Source: Alloascoidea hylecoeti (taxonomy: Eukaryota). Taken from it: 64,000 nucleotides of DNA. Numbering within the stretch: position 1 is the first letter of the stretch; each line of letters opens with the position of its first letter. The stretch spans positions 265,527 through 329,526 of the forward strand of contig BCKZ01000010.1 of assembly GCA_001600815.1 (NCBI GenBank), given 5' to 3'. Below the pieces are notes generated by a model. The model was not told the DNA's origin. It worked only from the letters and a program-made list of their open reading frames with translations, and searched no databases. Position numbers and translations under genes: made by a program. Below, piece after piece: positions 61,761 through 64,000 of this stretch.

Positions 61761-63188
61761 CTAGTCAGTACGCATGTCGTTTATACCCAAATCTTCATTC
61801 TGCTCTTCTGTTCGTTCATATTCTTCAATTTTCATATTTGGATCTGGATCTGGAGCATAAATATTTTGAATATAAGAAGCTGCCAAAGGATCCTCCATAA
61901 TGACTGTGAATTGCAGCTTACCGGAAATAGCCAATCTTAAATTATCAAAGAAATCTTTCCATCTTTTATAAGTCTCAGTTTCCATACTATCACTTGTCTC
62001 TGTGAATACTCGTGATTCCAACTCTTCTAATACCTGAGTTAATAAACCTTCTACTGTTGTAAATCTACCACCTAATGTACCTGTTTGTAAATCAAGATTT
62101 AATTCAGGTACTTTTAATGCACAAGTTTCTGATTTTAAGATATCACGAGTTAAATCATCTGCATCTTCAACAAATAAAGTGGTTCTTTGACCCTTTTCTG
62201 GAATAGCTCCACCAGTTTTAACTTCATTTGATTTATAACCACAATGTTCACAAGATGTATTCATAATAATAACATCTTTAAAATGTGGAATCTTTACTGG
62301 TTTCATATGAGTTTCACAGGATTTGTAACAAGTAGGACATGTTGCTGTAAATGTTTGAACCTCATTTGTGAAATTCTCAATTTCTGAAGCGTCAGATAAG
62401 AAACCAGTTGAGATTGGTTTTGGATCCTCTTTGGCTTGTCTTTCTTGGATTTCTCTTTTCTTCTCTTGTATTTCATGTTGTGCTAAGACATCAGCCGAAA
62501 GTAACCCAAGTAAAACATTTTGTTCTCCCGTTCTAGCGTACTCATGATGGGACCACTTCACTGATGAATCTTGTGGCATAAATTCAATCCATGAATTTCC
62601 AGAAGGGTCATCAACAGTAACTGTGATGGGTAAAATTCCTTCCTTTGCATCAATTGTATCCTGTATTTTGTCTAGGACTTGGTTGATTTGCCCATATAAT
62701 TCTGGGTTTAGATGTTGACGAACAAGTTGATCACTTTTCAAATCCTCAGAAATTGTACTTAATAAACCTTCAACAGTAGTTAATTGTCCCTTTTTTGGTG
62801 GAATTTCAATATCTAATTCAACAAATTTAACAGCACAATAATCAGATTTAATAACTTGTCTATTAAAATCCTCTTTCTTTTCAACTTTAAATGTATATTT
62901 TGATCCTTTTTCTTGGATTTCTCCGGCAGGTTGAATTTCTGAATTTTTAAATCCACAATGTGTACAATAAAAAGACATTATAACAACCTCTCTAAAATAT
63001 GGAATTCGAGTAAGTAATAATCGAGTTATGCCATTTTCATGACAATTCATACATAATGATTCAATTTCTTGGACAGCATGTCCTTCAGCATCTTGTGCTC
63101 CCGTTTGTGTAAGTCCTTGATCATCAGTTGTATCATATTCTTGTGCTGTTTCACCAACTGTTTTAAAAAAGTCTTGATTATCAGTCAT
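61761..63188 (-). CDS. ZPR1: Zinc finger chaperone Zpr1
   Basis: EIESLCMNC, IPYFREVVIMSF.C.HCG, second finger CPTC...CEHCGYKSNEVK and C-terminal EDLGINDM. Confidence 0.97.
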   Translation of the reverse strand: MTDNQDFFKTVGETAQEYDTTDDQGLTQTGAQDAEGHAVQEIESLCMNCHENGITRLLLTRIPYFREVVIMSFYCTHCGFKNSEIQPAGEIQEKGSKYTFKVEKKEDFNRQVIKSDYCAVKFVELDIEIPPKKGQLTTVEGLLSTISEDLKSDQLVRQHLNPELYGQINQVLDKIQDTIDAKEGILPITVTVDDPSGNSWIEFMPQDSSVKWSHHEYARTGEQNVLLGLLSADVLAQHEIQEKKREIQERQAKEDPKPISTGFLSDASEIENFTNEVQTFTATCPTCYKSCETHMKPVKIPHFKDVIIMNTSCEHCGYKSNEVKTGGAIPEKGQRTTLFVEDADDLTRDILKSETCALKVPELNLDLQTGTLGGRFTTVEGLLTQVLEELESRVFTETSDSMETETYKRWKDFFDNLRLAISGKLQFTVIMEDPLAASYIQNIYAPDPDPNMKIEEYERTEEQNEDLGINDMRTD

Positions 63189-64000
63189 TTTAATATAAGT
63201 ATGAGATTTAATACTTTCGTTGATCTTTATCTTGGTTTAAAATTTTGATTTGTAATTAGTAATAGCTTTGATTTAAGAAGTTGAATAATATTAATTATAA
63301 CCGTCTATAGTGCAATATTAATAAATAAAAGTAATGTTTGGAAAAAAGTTAATTGATTATATCTTATATCACTCAGATCTAGAATTTTTTTTTCAGTTTT
63401 ACTTTTTCAATTAATACTAGAAACCACTAGAAAATTCATAGATTACCCGGATATGATACTGTAATTTTAATATTTGTATGGGGATTAAATAAGATCTCAA
63501 GATTTACTCCATTTACTAGCTTAAAGCAGCTTAAATATGAACATTGAACACGAACAGGAATTAGTCCGTATCCCTGCAGACAGGTGTGTCTATTATATAG
63601 ATCTTCGCGTACGGAAATATATACTTGAAAGAGCATTATTGTTGCGTTTTCTGCAAAACTGCGCGAATTCACAAACACGAACATACCCGGTCCTTTAGTT
63701 TATCCGTTGGATAAGCAGACCAGATAAGTCAATTCTCCATATTCCACATCTAATCAGAGAGTTTAATAAGTTCATGAGAGGGTTTGCCATGAACCGTAGC
63801 TAGAGAAGCCCCAACCTTACGTTACCCGCCCATTACCTTGGAAGGTAAAATATCAAAATAGTTTAAGATGCAACTTATTTTTCACCCCCACTTTCTTCGA
63901 TTAATTAAACAACTTGCCCCTAGGCCTACATATAAAGATATCTGACCTCCTTTGTTTGCTTTTAATAACCCTGTATACTGTTTTATGTCTCTTCTTCTGT

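Noticed and set aside
1..64000. CRISPR arrays, prokaryotic operons or intact transposase/LTR elements
   Set aside because: Eukaryotic intron-containing genes throughout; no regularly spaced repeats, intact transposase or paired LTRs were seen.

Overview
AT-rich nuclear DNA from an intron-containing budding yeast (Saccharomycotina). It uses the standard code: CTG falls at conserved Leu positions in NPT1 and RPS0. From left to right it carries tRNA-Ala(AGC) followed by two tandem decayed L1-like retrotransposon copies, NPT1, a ~7 kb gene-free tract, YPD1, MGS1, two tandem orphan mitochondria-targeted paralogs, a class-3 lipase pseudogene, tRNA-Phe(GAA), RNA15, an HPP-family gene, PMT1, VMA22, a decayed ORF, RAP1 head-to-head with an F-box gene, a sterol esterase, IZH3, YIP3, HIR1-type HIRA, CKB2, eIF5A, GTT3, FRE8, RPS0, a kinase relic, GPI1 and ZPR1. 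The signals these genes do not explain are: (1) a ~600-nt multi-helix folded element at 9.33-9.93 kb with G-U pairs biased to the + strand and a downstream Sm-like site, a candidate unannotated large ncRNA; (2) chains of overlapping short palindromes throughout intergenic DNA; (3) LINE copies stacked directly 3' of a tRNA gene; (4) a candidate C/D snoRNA with a 14-nt 25S rRNA guide; (5) a ~200-bp foldback. All calls are by eye and from recalled family motifs; no searches were run.
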